Positions 16,362 to 26,882 are shown, numbered from the stretch's first letter. The stretch: DNA of 42,147 bases from a virus (IMGVR_UViG_3300032272_000030:1-42147), one strand, 5' to 3'. The notes: generated by a model from the letters alone, not told the origin. Made by a program: numbers and translations.

Positions 16362-16949
16362 ATGGGCGCTTTGGTCCTACGCGAACCCGATGCGCGAGAG
16401 CGCAAGTGGATCTTGGGGCAGTGGCTAGGGGATGTGCTCCCCAAGTCCGCCCGAGCCACTGGTGCGGGTATTCCCAAAGATGCACAGCGCTCTGGGTTGC
16501 GAGGGCCCGCGGGCTGGGAGCGAGGCGAAGGGTACTGGCGCTCTCCCGATCCCGTAGTGCTGCTGCACCCTCGGCTGTACCGCGAGGCCATGCGAGAGTA
16601 CGTGAAGCGGGCGTTCCAGAGGGCGTCTGTGCTTGTGGCCGAGCTGGCTGTGGTGCCAGGGGAGGCCGTGGGGTGGGTCGTGTTCGAGACCTCCACAGAC
16701 CTTGCGCTGCTCAACATCGACGAGCCCGATGGCGTCACGCACTACGTGAGGGTCCTCGGCCCGGCGCGTCGGCACGGCATCGGCACCCAACTATTGCAGG
16801 CCGCGGGCACAGCGGCTCCTGCCTACCTCACCCCGGCAGGCGCCGGGCTGATCGCTTCGATGGACGCACGGCCTGGCGCCGCTCACACGAGGAGCAGCGA
16901 TGGGCCAAGAGACCGATCCGAAGCAATGGCAGTGGTGGAACGTAGGTAG
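16362..16949 (+). CDS. GNAT-family acetyltransferase-like protein
   Basis: HYVRVLGPARRHGIGTQLL matches acetyl-CoA-binding motif A (R-x-x-G-x-G); AVGWVVF strand upstream. Confidence 0.7.
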   Translation: MGALVLREPDARERKWILGQWLGDVLPKSARATGAGIPKDAQRSGLRGPAGWERGEGYWRSPDPVVLLHPRLYREAMREYVKRAFQRASVLVAELAVVPGEAVGWVVFETSTDLALLNIDEPDGVTHYVRVLGPARRHGIGTQLLQAAGTAAPAYLTPAGAGLIASMDARPGAAHTRSSDGPRDRSEAMAVVERR

Positions 16950-18795
16950 AGGAACGCCCGACAGCGAGGGGCGTGAGGTACACGAAGTCCTCCAAAACAC
17001 GGTGAAGGATGTCATCCTGAACCAAAACAAGCCCCGAAGGCAGTACCTCGCTGCGCTACGGAGCATGTACCTTGACCTGCCGGATGATGCGATGTACGCG
17101 GCGCTCGATATAGAGCGCCAGGAGCGCTCGCCGTACCATCTGATACAGGGCGCGGTGGACAGCACACACGCCCAGATCACCGCGCAGCGGCCCCGGCCTT
17201 TCGTGGTCACCGTGGGAGGTAACGGTCCGCTGCAGCGGCGTGCCAAGCTCCTACAGCGGTGGATTGATGGCGAATACGAGCGTCTCAAGGTCCATCAGTT
17301 GATGAACGAGGCGTGCAAAGACGCGCTGTTGTTCGGCACGGGGTTGCTCAAGGTGGGCACTTCGGATGGCCGGAACACGCTCGAAAGGATCTGGGCTGGA
17401 GACCTCTGGACCGATCCGCGAGAGGAGCGGTTCAACGCTGTCCGCACGCTGTATCAGGTCCACGCGATCGACACCGATGTGTTGAAGGCGCTGTACCCCG
17501 ACAAACACGCCGAGATCGGAAAGATCAAGAAAACAGCGCCGATCGATGATGTGCTGTTTCCGGACCTCGAGGTCAAAGGGTACAGCTCCCCGGGGCTCGT
17601 GACCGTGATCGAGGCTTGGCGGCTGCCGGCATCTGAGGCGCAGCCGGGGCGGCATGTTACGTGGTGCGATGGCGGCATCCTGCGGGATGTGCCGTGGAAG
17701 CGGGGGTTCCCTTTCGCGCGCTATCGCTGGACCGATGTCCCGATGAGGTGGTGGGGGCAGGGGATGGTCGAGCGCGGTGTGGGGATCCAACAAGACCTCA
17801 ACGAGACCTGCGGGATCGTTCGAGACTCGTTCAGCGACTTCGTTCCGAAGATCGTCGCATCCAAGGCTTCGGGGATCGACGAGGAGCAGCTCACCGACGA
17901 AGGAGGGGGCATCCTCTGGGTCAACGGCTCGGTCTCCGAAGCGCTGCAGGTGTTCTCTCCGGTGATCAATCCTGCGGTCATGCAACGAGAGCACACGTTG
18001 GCCGCACGCGCGTATCAGGTACTCGGGGTGTCGCAACTCCAAGCAGGCGCCGTGAAGCCCGAGGGCATCGAGAGCGGCAAGGGGATGCAGGTCTACAACG
18101 ACAGCACCTCCAGCCGCTTCAACCCCCAAGCCCAAGGGTACGAAGACCTCTCGATGGACTGCGCGCGCATGCTCCTCGAGAACGGCGACGAGATCGCCGC
18201 TACCAACTCCGAAGCCGCACAGCGGGTTTTTGGAGGCAAGCACTCACTCGAGCTGGTGGAGTATCGCCAGGCGCAGATGAAAGACGACGACATCTACGCA
18301 CTGCGGGTGTACCCGGTGTCCGGACTGTCCAACTCGATCAGCGCACGAATGGACGAGATCATGCGACTGCAGCAGATCAAGCCTGACATCGACCCCGAGC
18401 AGGTGGATGCGCTGATCGATATTCCGGACGTCGAGCAATACCGCGACCTGAAAAGCGCAGGGCACGACATCGTGAATCGCGCAATCGATGCCTGCCTCGA
18501 TGGCGAGGACATCGCCGCGTCTACCTACTGGCCGCGCGACTACGCCGTGGTGCGGATCGCCCAGTCGATCCAGATGGCCGAGTACCACAACGAGAGCCCG
18601 GAGGGGATCCAAAAACTCAGAGCTCTGCACGCAATGGTGCTGGCGATGGGAGCCCCTCCGCAGCCGTTAGAGGGTTTGCCCGGGGGACCGATGGATCCCG
18701 GGGGACCGATGGATCCCGGCATGCCGCCGGGTGACCCGATGATAGATCCCGGCATGCCGCCGGCAACCGAGCAGCTACCCGAGCCGACTCCATGA
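16900..18795 (+). CDS. portal protein
   Basis: 631 aa; ITAQRPRP and DALLFGTGLLKVG motifs typical of podovirus portals; Pro/Met-rich tail; precedes scaffold and MCP. Confidence 0.85.
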   Translation: MGQETDPKQWQWWNVGRGTPDSEGREVHEVLQNTVKDVILNQNKPRRQYLAALRSMYLDLPDDAMYAALDIERQERSPYHLIQGAVDSTHAQITAQRPRPFVVTVGGNGPLQRRAKLLQRWIDGEYERLKVHQLMNEACKDALLFGTGLLKVGTSDGRNTLERIWAGDLWTDPREERFNAVRTLYQVHAIDTDVLKALYPDKHAEIGKIKKTAPIDDVLFPDLEVKGYSSPGLVTVIEAWRLPASEAQPGRHVTWCDGGILRDVPWKRGFPFARYRWTDVPMRWWGQGMVERGVGIQQDLNETCGIVRDSFSDFVPKIVASKASGIDEEQLTDEGGGILWVNGSVSEALQVFSPVINPAVMQREHTLAARAYQVLGVSQLQAGAVKPEGIESGKGMQVYNDSTSSRFNPQAQGYEDLSMDCARMLLENGDEIAATNSEAAQRVFGGKHSLELVEYRQAQMKDDDIYALRVYPVSGLSNSISARMDEIMRLQQIKPDIDPEQVDALIDIPDVEQYRDLKSAGHDIVNRAIDACLDGEDIAASTYWPRDYAVVRIAQSIQMAEYHNESPEGIQKLRALHAMVLAMGAPPQPLEGLPGGPMDPGGPMDPGMPPGDPMIDPGMPPATEQLPEPTP

Positions 18796-19772
18796 GCTTC
18801 ACAGGACACAACCCCCTCGCCACGGCGCACGTACCCACGGCGCCCGCGGCTCCTGATACCCCCGCCACCGATCCGATCGCCGACCGCCGCACAGCTGCGC
18901 TCGATATCGAAGCGCGTCAGCACGCGGAGCGAGTGGCGCCCGAACCCCCAACGGGCGGCTCCGTAGAACCCCCACCCGCAGAACCGCCCGCGGACCCGAA
19001 CGCACTACCCACCCTTGATGAGCTGCCCGCGCTGATCCAGAAGCGTCACGAGGAGAGGCTTGCCAACGAGCAAGCCGAGCAAGACCGGCGCGAGCTCGAA
19101 ATGTGGAGAGCGCAGAGGGGCGCTACCGTTCCAGCACCTCCAGAGCCCGCCGACAGCGCCGCAGTTGCGCAGGCGTATTTCGATGCGCTACCCCCCGGCC
19201 AGAAGCGGGAGTACCTTCGGGATCTCGCCACGAAAGTCACCGCAACGCCCGCGGTGCAAGCGCTGACGCCGCAACTGCAGGCGCTCGAGGAGCAGGTCAA
19301 GGGCGTTCAGAACGTTCTCACAACCCAGCAACAGGCCGATCAAGCCGCGCGCGACGCGAAGCTGGAGGCCGAGTTTCAGACCTTCACAGGCAACGAGGAC
19401 GCTTATCCCGCCCTCGCGACACTCCCACCTGCAGAACGGCTGCGTTTGGGGTATGGTGTCATGAAGCAGTACCGAGCAGCGGGTGTCGAGATCACAGATG
19501 CGCAAATCGCGGCTCACCTCAACGAAGTAGAGCAAGAGAAGATAGACAGGATCATCGCCCGGCACACCGGGGGTGCTCCACAACAAGGCGCCGCACAGGC
19601 GTCGGCTCCGACAACCCCTGCATTCGGCAGGACCCAAGCACCGGACTCCCCGGCTACGCTAACGAACGCACACGCCGCAGCGGCACCCCTACGCGCTCCC
19701 TCCACACCTGAGGAGCGCCGCGAGGCAGCCAGACGCATCGAAGCGTCGCAACGCGCAAAACGACGTAGCTAG
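18792..19772 (+). CDS. capsid scaffolding protein
   Basis: Pro/Ala-rich and coiled-coil; lies between portal and MCP; C-terminal TLTN...STPEERREAARRI helix. Confidence 0.75.
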   Translation: MSFTGHNPLATAHVPTAPAAPDTPATDPIADRRTAALDIEARQHAERVAPEPPTGGSVEPPPAEPPADPNALPTLDELPALIQKRHEERLANEQAEQDRRELEMWRAQRGATVPAPPEPADSAAVAQAYFDALPPGQKREYLRDLATKVTATPAVQALTPQLQALEEQVKGVQNVLTTQQQADQAARDAKLEAEFQTFTGNEDAYPALATLPPAERLRLGYGVMKQYRAAGVEITDAQIAAHLNEVEQEKIDRIIARHTGGAPQQGAAQASAPTTPAFGRTQAPDSPATLTNAHAAAAPLRAPSTPEERREAARRIEASQRAKRRS

Positions 19773-19786
19773 CCCGGAGATTCCAG

Positions 19787-21037
19787 ATGACCAGTACAAT
19801 CGCTGACGCGACCGAAATCGCAAAAACCCTGTATCACGGTGTTGTTCCAGAGATCGGTTTCACCGATACGCCCTTTTGGGGGATGTTGCCGAAGAATGAA
19901 AACTTCTTCGGGCTGAACAAGGCGTTCTCAAGCCGCTACACCAAAACCCCGGGCGCCTCCAAGACCTACGCCCGCAGCCGCACCCGAGCAGGGGCGTCGG
20001 CGTTTGGTCGGTGGACCGTCACACGCACCGAGGATTTCGTCACGATGCAAATCGAGGCGCAGATGTACGAGGCGTTGGGCAACGAAGAAGGCGCCCAGAC
20101 CAACTACGTCGAAGAGGAGTCGACGTCGGCGTTTGACCACGCGGTGCAGCGGATCGAGCGGAACCTTTTCCGCAACGCGGGCGGCGCGGTCGCGCGCATC
20201 AGCGACGACGGGGACACCGCTGTTCTCACGGTCACCGATCCCGCCGATCTGGTGGGCTTGGATGTAGGGCAGTATGTCACCACATCCAACACAGACGGCA
20301 CCTCGGGGTCGGATGATGGGTTTCCGCAGGAGATCACAGGGATCGATCGCGTGGCCGGAACCCTCACCACGGACGCCGCCTCGTGGGACGTAGATGGCGG
20401 GTTCAGCGACAATGACTACCTCTTCGTAGACGGTGACTTTGGGCTCGCTTTGTCAGGGCTCGATGCGTGGATCCCCCCGCAGAATCCGACGTCGGCGCTG
20501 TTCTACGGCCAGGATCGGAGCATCGATGTCCAGCGGCTCGGGGGCATCCGCTACACCGCACAGGCCGGCGAACCTGATGGGTCGATCGAGCGCGCGCTCG
20601 TCAACGCGGGCGTGCTGGCGCACAACCTGGGTGGGCGAACGTCGCACATCTTCATGAACACCCTGGACTACGGTGTGTTCCTGAACGACCTAGGCAACCG
20701 GGCGCGCGTGCACATCACCCCGGGCCAGGGGATCGACGGCAAGAAGCTCGAAGTTTCGTACAGTGGGATCAAGGTCCAGCTTGCGAGTGGTACCGCTGTG
20801 GTCTACCCATCGCGACACTGCCAGCGCTACACCGCGTGGCTCCTCGACATGAAGGATCTGCAGTGGTGCGGTCTGGGCAAGACCCCACGGTTCTTCGATC
20901 TCGACGGAGGTAAGTGGTTCCGCATGTCTGCCGACGATGTTCACGGCCTGGAGGCGTACCTGTACTGGTACGGCCAGTTCGTCGTGAAATCGCCCGGTTG
21001 CCACGTCCGGGTTGACCTGACCGAGCTCTTTGAGTAG
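19787..21037 (+). CDS. major capsid protein (HK97 fold inferred)
   Basis: 416 aa following the scaffold; ERNLFRNAGG, LSGLDAWIP and LFYGQDRS motifs; GGAG SD; followed by a GC-rich imperfect hairpin. Confidence 0.85.
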   Translation: MTSTIADATEIAKTLYHGVVPEIGFTDTPFWGMLPKNENFFGLNKAFSSRYTKTPGASKTYARSRTRAGASAFGRWTVTRTEDFVTMQIEAQMYEALGNEEGAQTNYVEEESTSAFDHAVQRIERNLFRNAGGAVARISDDGDTAVLTVTDPADLVGLDVGQYVTTSNTDGTSGSDDGFPQEITGIDRVAGTLTTDAASWDVDGGFSDNDYLFVDGDFGLALSGLDAWIPPQNPTSALFYGQDRSIDVQRLGGIRYTAQAGEPDGSIERALVNAGVLAHNLGGRTSHIFMNTLDYGVFLNDLGNRARVHITPGQGIDGKKLEVSYSGIKVQLASGTAVVYPSRHCQRYTAWLLDMKDLQWCGLGKTPRFFDLDGGKWFRMSADDVHGLEAYLYWYGQFVVKSPGCHVRVDLTELFE

Positions 21038-21108
21038 CGCTCCGGCGGTCGGATCGGGGAGTACGCTACAAGGCGCCCCGCCGACCGTCACCTCTCGTCC
21101 GTAGACCC

Positions 21109-21801
21109 ATGGCCGATCTCGTAGACATCGACGACATGATTGTGCAGGTTCGTTCGAGGACGGATCAGCTGAGTTCTACGTTCATCGAGGACGCACGGGA
21201 CCTGATTCCCTGGCTGAACGCGGGCATCGCCAAAGTCTACAACCGCTTGGCGGCGCGGGATGCGACTTGGTTTCTTACCCAGAGCACCGTGACCACGGTC
21301 TCGGGGACCTCCGAGTACGCGCTACCCTCCGACTTCATGACCATGAACGGGGTCTCTTACACGGCGGGGTCTCGCACCATCCAGGTGTATGAGGAACCGT
21401 TCGGCGAGCGACACCAACGCCAGCACGCACAGCGCAACGTGCGCTACCGGGTGCAGCGCAGCGGGGTGGATGGCTCAGGGGTCCGGATTGTCTTTTCGCC
21501 GAACCCAGGCGCGCGTACCTACACAATCGAGTACACCCCCGCACCACCAACGCTCGAGGCTGGGGACAGCTGGGATGGCGTGGCGGGGTTCGCCGAGTAC
21601 GCGATCGAGTTTGCCTGCACCAAAGTCCGCGCACGTGCGGATGAGGACCCCTCGCCCCATTTCGCCGCCATGCGTGATACGGTGGCCGACATCGAGGCGA
21701 TGGGGCATCGCAGGAACACAGGGGGCGGCGGCCCGCGGATCGCAAGAGTCCGCAGACGCAGAGGCTACCGCAACGCCCGCAGGGGTCTAGGAGTACCGTA
21801 G
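21109..21801 (+). CDS. head-tail adaptor protein
   Basis: VRSRTDQ...LIPWLNAG and TTVSGTSEYALPSDF pattern; position after the MCP. Confidence 0.7.
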   Translation: MADLVDIDDMIVQVRSRTDQLSSTFIEDARDLIPWLNAGIAKVYNRLAARDATWFLTQSTVTTVSGTSEYALPSDFMTMNGVSYTAGSRTIQVYEEPFGERHQRQHAQRNVRYRVQRSGVDGSGVRIVFSPNPGARTYTIEYTPAPPTLEAGDSWDGVAGFAEYAIEFACTKVRARADEDPSPHFAAMRDTVADIEAMGHRRNTGGGGPRIARVRRRRGYRNARRGLGVP

Positions 21802-22311
21802 ATGGCCAACTTTCCCGTAAAACTCGGTGGTGCACGCCAGGCAAACGCCGACGTGCTCCATTTCATCCCTCAATCCATCTGGCCGGTACAGTGGGACTTT
21901 TGGTACCACCAGGTTGTAGATGTCACGAGCTCCGCGCTGACACTGCCCGCTGCGGGGACGTACGCCATCGACTTGAACACGGTCTTTCCGCGGAACACGT
22001 TTCCCCAGAACGTGGACATTCTCGCAGGCTCCAAGATCCGCTTGGTGCGCGCCTTCTCCGGAGGGGCCATCAGCGACTTCGATGTGGAGCTCGGCGACGC
22101 CACGGACCCGAACGGGTTGCTCACAGCTACCGATGTTTTCGGCGAGGCGTTGGGGTACTACACAACCCCAGCGGCAGCTGAATACGCGCAGCACCCAGAG
22201 TCGGCGTTTGAACCCCAGCTGTTGTTGACAGCCACAGGTGCTAACGTCGATGCCGTCGTCGCCGGGATCGTTGAGGTCTTCATCCCGTGGGCACCACTGA
22301 AAGAGCTCTAG
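21802..22311 (+). CDS. virion structural protein (169 aa, beta-rich; decoration/cement-like)
   Basis: Position and composition; paralogous to the N- and C-termini of the next gene. Confidence 0.6.
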   Translation: MANFPVKLGGARQANADVLHFIPQSIWPVQWDFWYHQVVDVTSSALTLPAAGTYAIDLNTVFPRNTFPQNVDILAGSKIRLVRAFSGGAISDFDVELGDATDPNGLLTATDVFGEALGYYTTPAAAEYAQHPESAFEPQLLLTATGANVDAVVAGIVEVFIPWAPLKEL

Positions 22312-22312
22312 C

Positions 22313-23755
22313 ATGCCCAACTTCAAGGACTTCTTTGGACAACTCGGGGGTCGTCGCAACGGAGGCAATCGCCGGGTGCTTGATGCGATGATGAGGCCTT
22401 GCCCGTGGGTGTGGACGCCCTCGTTCCGCTGGGTCGCGCGAATCCTCGCCCGGGATCTGGCGCTCAATCAAGCAGCGGCCACACTGCAGACGACGCTGAT
22501 CACGATCGCGGCCGCAAACTTTGAGGCGGGTACCGCGACGGTCACCTTTTCAGGAGGGCCGCTCGCGGACCCGATTGTGCTCACGGTCCTTGCGGACGTT
22601 TCGGACACCAACGTCACGTTGGGAGCGGCACTGGACGCCGCGATAGACGCCAACCCAACGCTCGCCGCAGCTGCGAACACCGTCGGGAATGCGGCGGGTA
22701 TCGTCACGATCACCTGGGTAGAGGGGCAGGGGTTGATCGATGTGTCGGCCGAGTACGAGAACGCTCAGCAGACCACTGTGCAGTTCGCGGGTACTCTTGT
22801 GGATGGTCCCTACGTGTCCACGTTCTCGGGTGGGGGCCTAGGGGCGCCTGTCGAGGTGACCACCACGCGCGCGGGCGGGGTTCCGGCCAACGCCGCGGCG
22901 ATGGCTGTTCAACACGAGGCAGACATCGAGGCGCTCGTCGGCACCACCCTCGCGGGGGTTGTGCAATCCGCTGACGACGATGGTACCGACCTGTGCACCA
23001 TCGTTATGGATCCGAACATCGCCGCTGTGGCGGTGGAGACGCTACCTCCACGGCAAACTTTCGACCTCACGGTCGGCGGGACGGCAGACAACGGCATCTA
23101 CTCCGGGCGCATCAATCACAGCTCCCTGCCGAACGGCTACCAGCCGTACAGCTTCACAGCCGCGGGTGAGACCAACACCCAGATCGCCAGTGGTCTCGAG
23201 GACGACATCGAGAGCAACGGCGCGTTGTTGGCTGTGGTGGAGAGCGCCAACAACACCGCGGAGGTCGCCGAGGTGGTCACGCTGGAGGGTGTCTCTGGTG
23301 TGACGCTGACCAACGAGGACGCGCCGGGGACCGGCACATTGGGTTCCACCGAGACCTCGCCGACCATGGCAACCGCTCTGCTGGAGCTCGACCCTGCGCT
23401 GATCACCGTGGCGCAGTTCGCCTCGTTCGATCTGAACGTGGTGGGCAAACGTCCTTTCCCCACGCACGCAATCCGAGGTATCTGCTCCATGGAGAGGATC
23501 ACCTCGTTCGGGGTGGGCCGCCTGGCCTATGTAGGGAACACGGCGGACGCCGATGGCATCCTTGAGAGCACTTCCGTGGCGACCACAGGGCGTGTTGTTG
23601 CGGCGGATTCGGTGGCTGAGTACCAGCCGCGATACGAAGCGGCATACCTTCCCCGACTCACCATCGAGCTGGGCTCAAGTGTGGCATTGACCGAGGGGTC
23701 CCTCGAGGTTCAGATCGCTTTCAAACCGGCCCCCGGGCCTAGGATCGCCGCGTAA
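22313..23755 (+). CDS. virion protein: paralog of 21802-22311 with three inserted repeat domains of about 90-100 aa
   Basis: Shared blocks DLN..FP, G...D..G.L, AEY....E.A..P.L and G..EV.I...P; internal TFSGG...AA.D..I repeats. Confidence 0.7.
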   Translation: MPNFKDFFGQLGGRRNGGNRRVLDAMMRPCPWVWTPSFRWVARILARDLALNQAAATLQTTLITIAAANFEAGTATVTFSGGPLADPIVLTVLADVSDTNVTLGAALDAAIDANPTLAAAANTVGNAAGIVTITWVEGQGLIDVSAEYENAQQTTVQFAGTLVDGPYVSTFSGGGLGAPVEVTTTRAGGVPANAAAMAVQHEADIEALVGTTLAGVVQSADDDGTDLCTIVMDPNIAAVAVETLPPRQTFDLTVGGTADNGIYSGRINHSSLPNGYQPYSFTAAGETNTQIASGLEDDIESNGALLAVVESANNTAEVAEVVTLEGVSGVTLTNEDAPGTGTLGSTETSPTMATALLELDPALITVAQFASFDLNVVGKRPFPTHAIRGICSMERITSFGVGRLAYVGNTADADGILESTSVATTGRVVAADSVAEYQPRYEAAYLPRLTIELGSSVALTEGSLEVQIAFKPAPGPRIAA

Positions 23756-24582
23756 TGAGCTACTCCAAAGCCGCAATCAAGAAGTACATCAACAAGCGGT
23801 CGATCCGGGACTTCCACATTCTGTGTGTGAAGGGCCCCGACGCTACCGCGGATGTGGACGCGGATGATCCCGATTACTTCGGGGAGCAGCTGCCGCTCAA
23901 CACAGGGGAGTACACGATCACCGGCGCGGCCGCTGGCGATTACGTGCTCACCCTTCTCAACTCGAACGGGCAAACCCTCGCGAGCGTCACGTACACCGCG
24001 GGTGGTGGTGACGCAGAGTCGGACGTTGCAGAGGGCATCAGCGACGCCATCAACGCCGCGCTCTTGGTCGCTGGGTCTGGTGAGGTGCTTGCGCGGTACA
24101 TCGACAGCTCGAGCTACGCAGCTGGGGATGAGTTTTCGATCCGTTGGGCGTCTACGCGGGTGCGCACCACGGCGGTGCTCACGGTACCCGGGGGCACTTG
24201 GACCCCGCAGTCGGCTGCCGACTCGACGGGAACGTGCGGCACGTGGCCGCGCACCCGGGAGATCCCCCACGTCGACCGCGGTGGCGAGGGGCAGAACATT
24301 CAAGCGGAGGTTACGGTCGTAGGGGTTACCGCAGCCGGGGTCCCTGTCGCGCCGCAGGGCACCTACTCGATGCAGTTTCTTCAAGAGGTGTTGCGCGCGG
24401 ATGATGCAGGGGAGGCCAGCCCTTCAATCGCCAACCGCGGAGAGGTGACGGGCGCCAACATCGGCGACGTTCATTCAGTGGCGATGAATGGAGGGCTCTT
24501 TGGCGTCCGAATGCACACCATCGCGGGGGAGAGTGGGTCCGTGGACCGCTGGGAAATCCAAGTTCGCGCTGTTGTGACGTAG
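23755..24582 (+). CDS. virion structural protein (275 aa)
   Basis: TAATG overlap; contains a similar module (AGDYVLTL...DAESDVAEGISDAINAA). Confidence 0.65.
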   Translation: MSYSKAAIKKYINKRSIRDFHILCVKGPDATADVDADDPDYFGEQLPLNTGEYTITGAAAGDYVLTLLNSNGQTLASVTYTAGGGDAESDVAEGISDAINAALLVAGSGEVLARYIDSSSYAAGDEFSIRWASTRVRTTAVLTVPGGTWTPQSAADSTGTCGTWPRTREIPHVDRGGEGQNIQAEVTVVGVTAAGVPVAPQGTYSMQFLQEVLRADDAGEASPSIANRGEVTGANIGDVHSVAMNGGLFGVRMHTIAGESGSVDRWEIQVRAVVT

Positions 24583-26307
24583 ATGGTCGACCCAACCACA
24601 GTTGCGCCGATCACAGTCGGGCCAGCCACGGTCATGCCGATCACGATCGGGGGCGGGGCCGTCGAGCTATTTACGTCTTCGTGGACCGTGCGCGCTCCGG
24701 TCATCTATGACTGGTATTGGGCGCTTGGTGCTGGGCGGCTGACGAACTATCAGGGCTGGTACCACCGACTTGGCACGACCCGGTACGTCTACGTCACGAT
24801 TGACGGGAACGGTGCCGACCCTGGACTCGCAGTGGCTGAACTGTCGGGCAGCACCGGTACGGCGGTCGACCTGACGAGCGGGGACACAGCCGCGCAGGCG
24901 GCAACGGCCATTGCAGCGGGCGTCGCGGCACTTCCAAACTGGGGTCTGACCGCCAGCGACGGCGCCGACGTGAACTACTCCGGACCGGGAGTGGTCGCGG
25001 AATCGGCCGCGGACTGGGACGACCGCGGGAACGCGACCGTCGACACCGACGAGCGCAACGGCATGCTGGGCATGCACACCCACCGCTACGACAGCGGGTC
25101 GGGGATGGTCGATGGGCCGCTAAACGGCATTTGCACGACCCAGCACATGACGGTCCCCGCGGGGGATACGAGGCGCATCTACGCGCTGCAGATCTACATT
25201 GGTGCGGGGTGGTCAGCCACGGACGCCGAGCGCGCCCACTGGGCACTTTACAGCGGGACCTCGACGACAACGCCGATCACCGGCTCGACGCTGCTGTACG
25301 ACTTCGGTCAGGAGCTCGCGACGTTCGGCGCCGACGGCTGGCACACGTTGTGGGTCGACGCCGACACGCTCCTCGAGGTCGAGGCAGCGGACGAACTGTG
25401 GCTGAGTTGCTACGGCGCCGGCACGACCACGACGCACGGCATTTGCAACGTGTCCGCCGCGAGCCACGTAGGCGACTGGACGAACCAGGGGTTTGTTCAA
25501 AGCACGTCGACCATGCCGACGGACGCCACCACTGCGGCACCGCCAGCACACGCGGGCACCGTCTCGACCGTCTACGCGGGCACGTTCATGGCCCGATTCA
25601 TCACCGAGCAAGCACCGTTTGCCGGACGCGCCCAGCTGGGCAGCGCAGCCGATCCGCTGATCATTGGGCACCACACCGACTTTACGGACGCAACGCTCGA
25701 CGCAAACGCTGTCCTCACCCAGACGGTCACCATGCCGGCGATCGGACCGAGCATCCCTGTGGCGTTGGACATGTTCGTCGCCAACCTGCACGACGCGACC
25801 AACCAGCCGCTCGCCTACGTCTACCAGGGGGGCAGTTTTGCCTCCGACCCGCTCCAGCCCACGATCAACGGGGCGACGCTGGTCCGCAACTTTGGACGCA
25901 TGACTGGCACCGCAACCAACCAGTGGGTGCGGGTCTCAGGTGGGACAGAGGTCGAGGTGGCTAACCAGGCGGTGCTCACGCCCGCCATCACACACGCTGG
26001 CTCCGACAACGCTGGTGCGGGCACGGTGACCAACATCGGCTACATCGAGAACGCGGCCAGCTCCGCAGCCAACGGCGACCCCATCACGGCGCCCATGGAG
26101 TGGATCCGTCCAACGGCCGGCACTCCGAACCGTGGCCCCGAACTCGCGCTGATATCGGACAGCTCGAGCAACTTCACGGTGGGAGACCCATCGGTGGCCC
26201 CACCCGCAACCATCGGCACGTACACGGTCCCGACAAACGCGCTGCAGTTCGACAATATCGGTGGGATCAGACTGTGCGTGCGGTGCGAAGGAGTGTTGGC
26301 AGCCTAG
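24583..26307 (+). CDS. tail fibre/spike or receptor-binding protein candidate (574 aa)
   Basis: Thr/Gly/Ala-rich, Lys-free and beta-rich, with two similar internal modules (ALYSG...LLYDFG and YVYQGG...LVRNFG); position in the tail region. Confidence 0.55.
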   Translation: MVDPTTVAPITVGPATVMPITIGGGAVELFTSSWTVRAPVIYDWYWALGAGRLTNYQGWYHRLGTTRYVYVTIDGNGADPGLAVAELSGSTGTAVDLTSGDTAAQAATAIAAGVAALPNWGLTASDGADVNYSGPGVVAESAADWDDRGNATVDTDERNGMLGMHTHRYDSGSGMVDGPLNGICTTQHMTVPAGDTRRIYALQIYIGAGWSATDAERAHWALYSGTSTTTPITGSTLLYDFGQELATFGADGWHTLWVDADTLLEVEAADELWLSCYGAGTTTTHGICNVSAASHVGDWTNQGFVQSTSTMPTDATTAAPPAHAGTVSTVYAGTFMARFITEQAPFAGRAQLGSAADPLIIGHHTDFTDATLDANAVLTQTVTMPAIGPSIPVALDMFVANLHDATNQPLAYVYQGGSFASDPLQPTINGATLVRNFGRMTGTATNQWVRVSGGTEVEVANQAVLTPAITHAGSDNAGAGTVTNIGYIENAASSAANGDPITAPMEWIRPTAGTPNRGPELALISDSSSNFTVGDPSVAPPATIGTYTVPTNALQFDNIGGIRLCVRCEGVLAA

Positions 26308-26708
26308 TGGTCCAGCGGATGGAATGGACCGAGGTGGAGATCCCCCTCGGAGAAGGCCCCGACGAGAAAACGGCACGGTTGCTCCGAGCGCCCGGAGTGC
26401 TCCGCGCCCCGCTCAATGTGGACAACCGCACCAGCGGGATGCTCCGCAAGCGGCGCGGGCACACCCTCGTTGATCTCGATGCCGTGGTGAACGTCGCCGA
26501 GGACAGCGAGGACGTCTTTCACGCGCTCGGGTTGCTGCGTGGCGAGCTCGTGGTGATCGGTCACGACTACCTCTACGCGGTGGTGTCGCTGGGCGGGAAC
26601 GTCACGGGGCTGCACGCGAGCGGCACCATCAACCGAAGGGGACCAGTCATTCGGGGCGGGTACGCCATCGAGCACGTGGTGTCCTCGAGTATGGGGACCG
26701 AGATTTGA
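26307..26708 (+). CDS. N-terminal-type fragment of a tail nozzle/DNA-stabilisation protein (P22 gp10/T7 gp12-like), 133 aa
   Basis: VEIPLGEGPDEKT...PGVL...NV....GMLRKRRGH resembles nozzle N-termini; TAGTG overlap (alternative ATG at 26319). Confidence 0.6.
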   Translation: MVQRMEWTEVEIPLGEGPDEKTARLLRAPGVLRAPLNVDNRTSGMLRKRRGHTLVDLDAVVNVAEDSEDVFHALGLLRGELVVIGHDYLYAVVSLGGNVTGLHASGTINRRGPVIRGGYAIEHVVSSSMGTEI

Positions 26709-26711
26709 GCC

Positions 26712-26882
26712 ATGGGGCGGTTCAGTACACAGCGGGACAAGGACAACAACCGCCTGGCGCGTGAGGTCGAGCGAGATCTGCAGAAGATCGAACGACGTCT
26801 CGCGGCCGTCGAGACCGCACTTGAAAGTTTGACCGCAACCGTCGCGGCTCTGGATGCTCGCCTCGTCGTGCTCGAGCCCTAG
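26712..26882 (+). CDS. 56-aa coiled-coil protein
   Basis: Manual translation MGRFSTQRDKDNNRLAREVERDLQKIERRLAAVETALESLTATVAALDARLVVLEP shows clear heptads. Confidence 0.7.
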   Translation: MGRFSTQRDKDNNRLAREVERDLQKIERRLAAVETALESLTATVAALDARLVVLEP

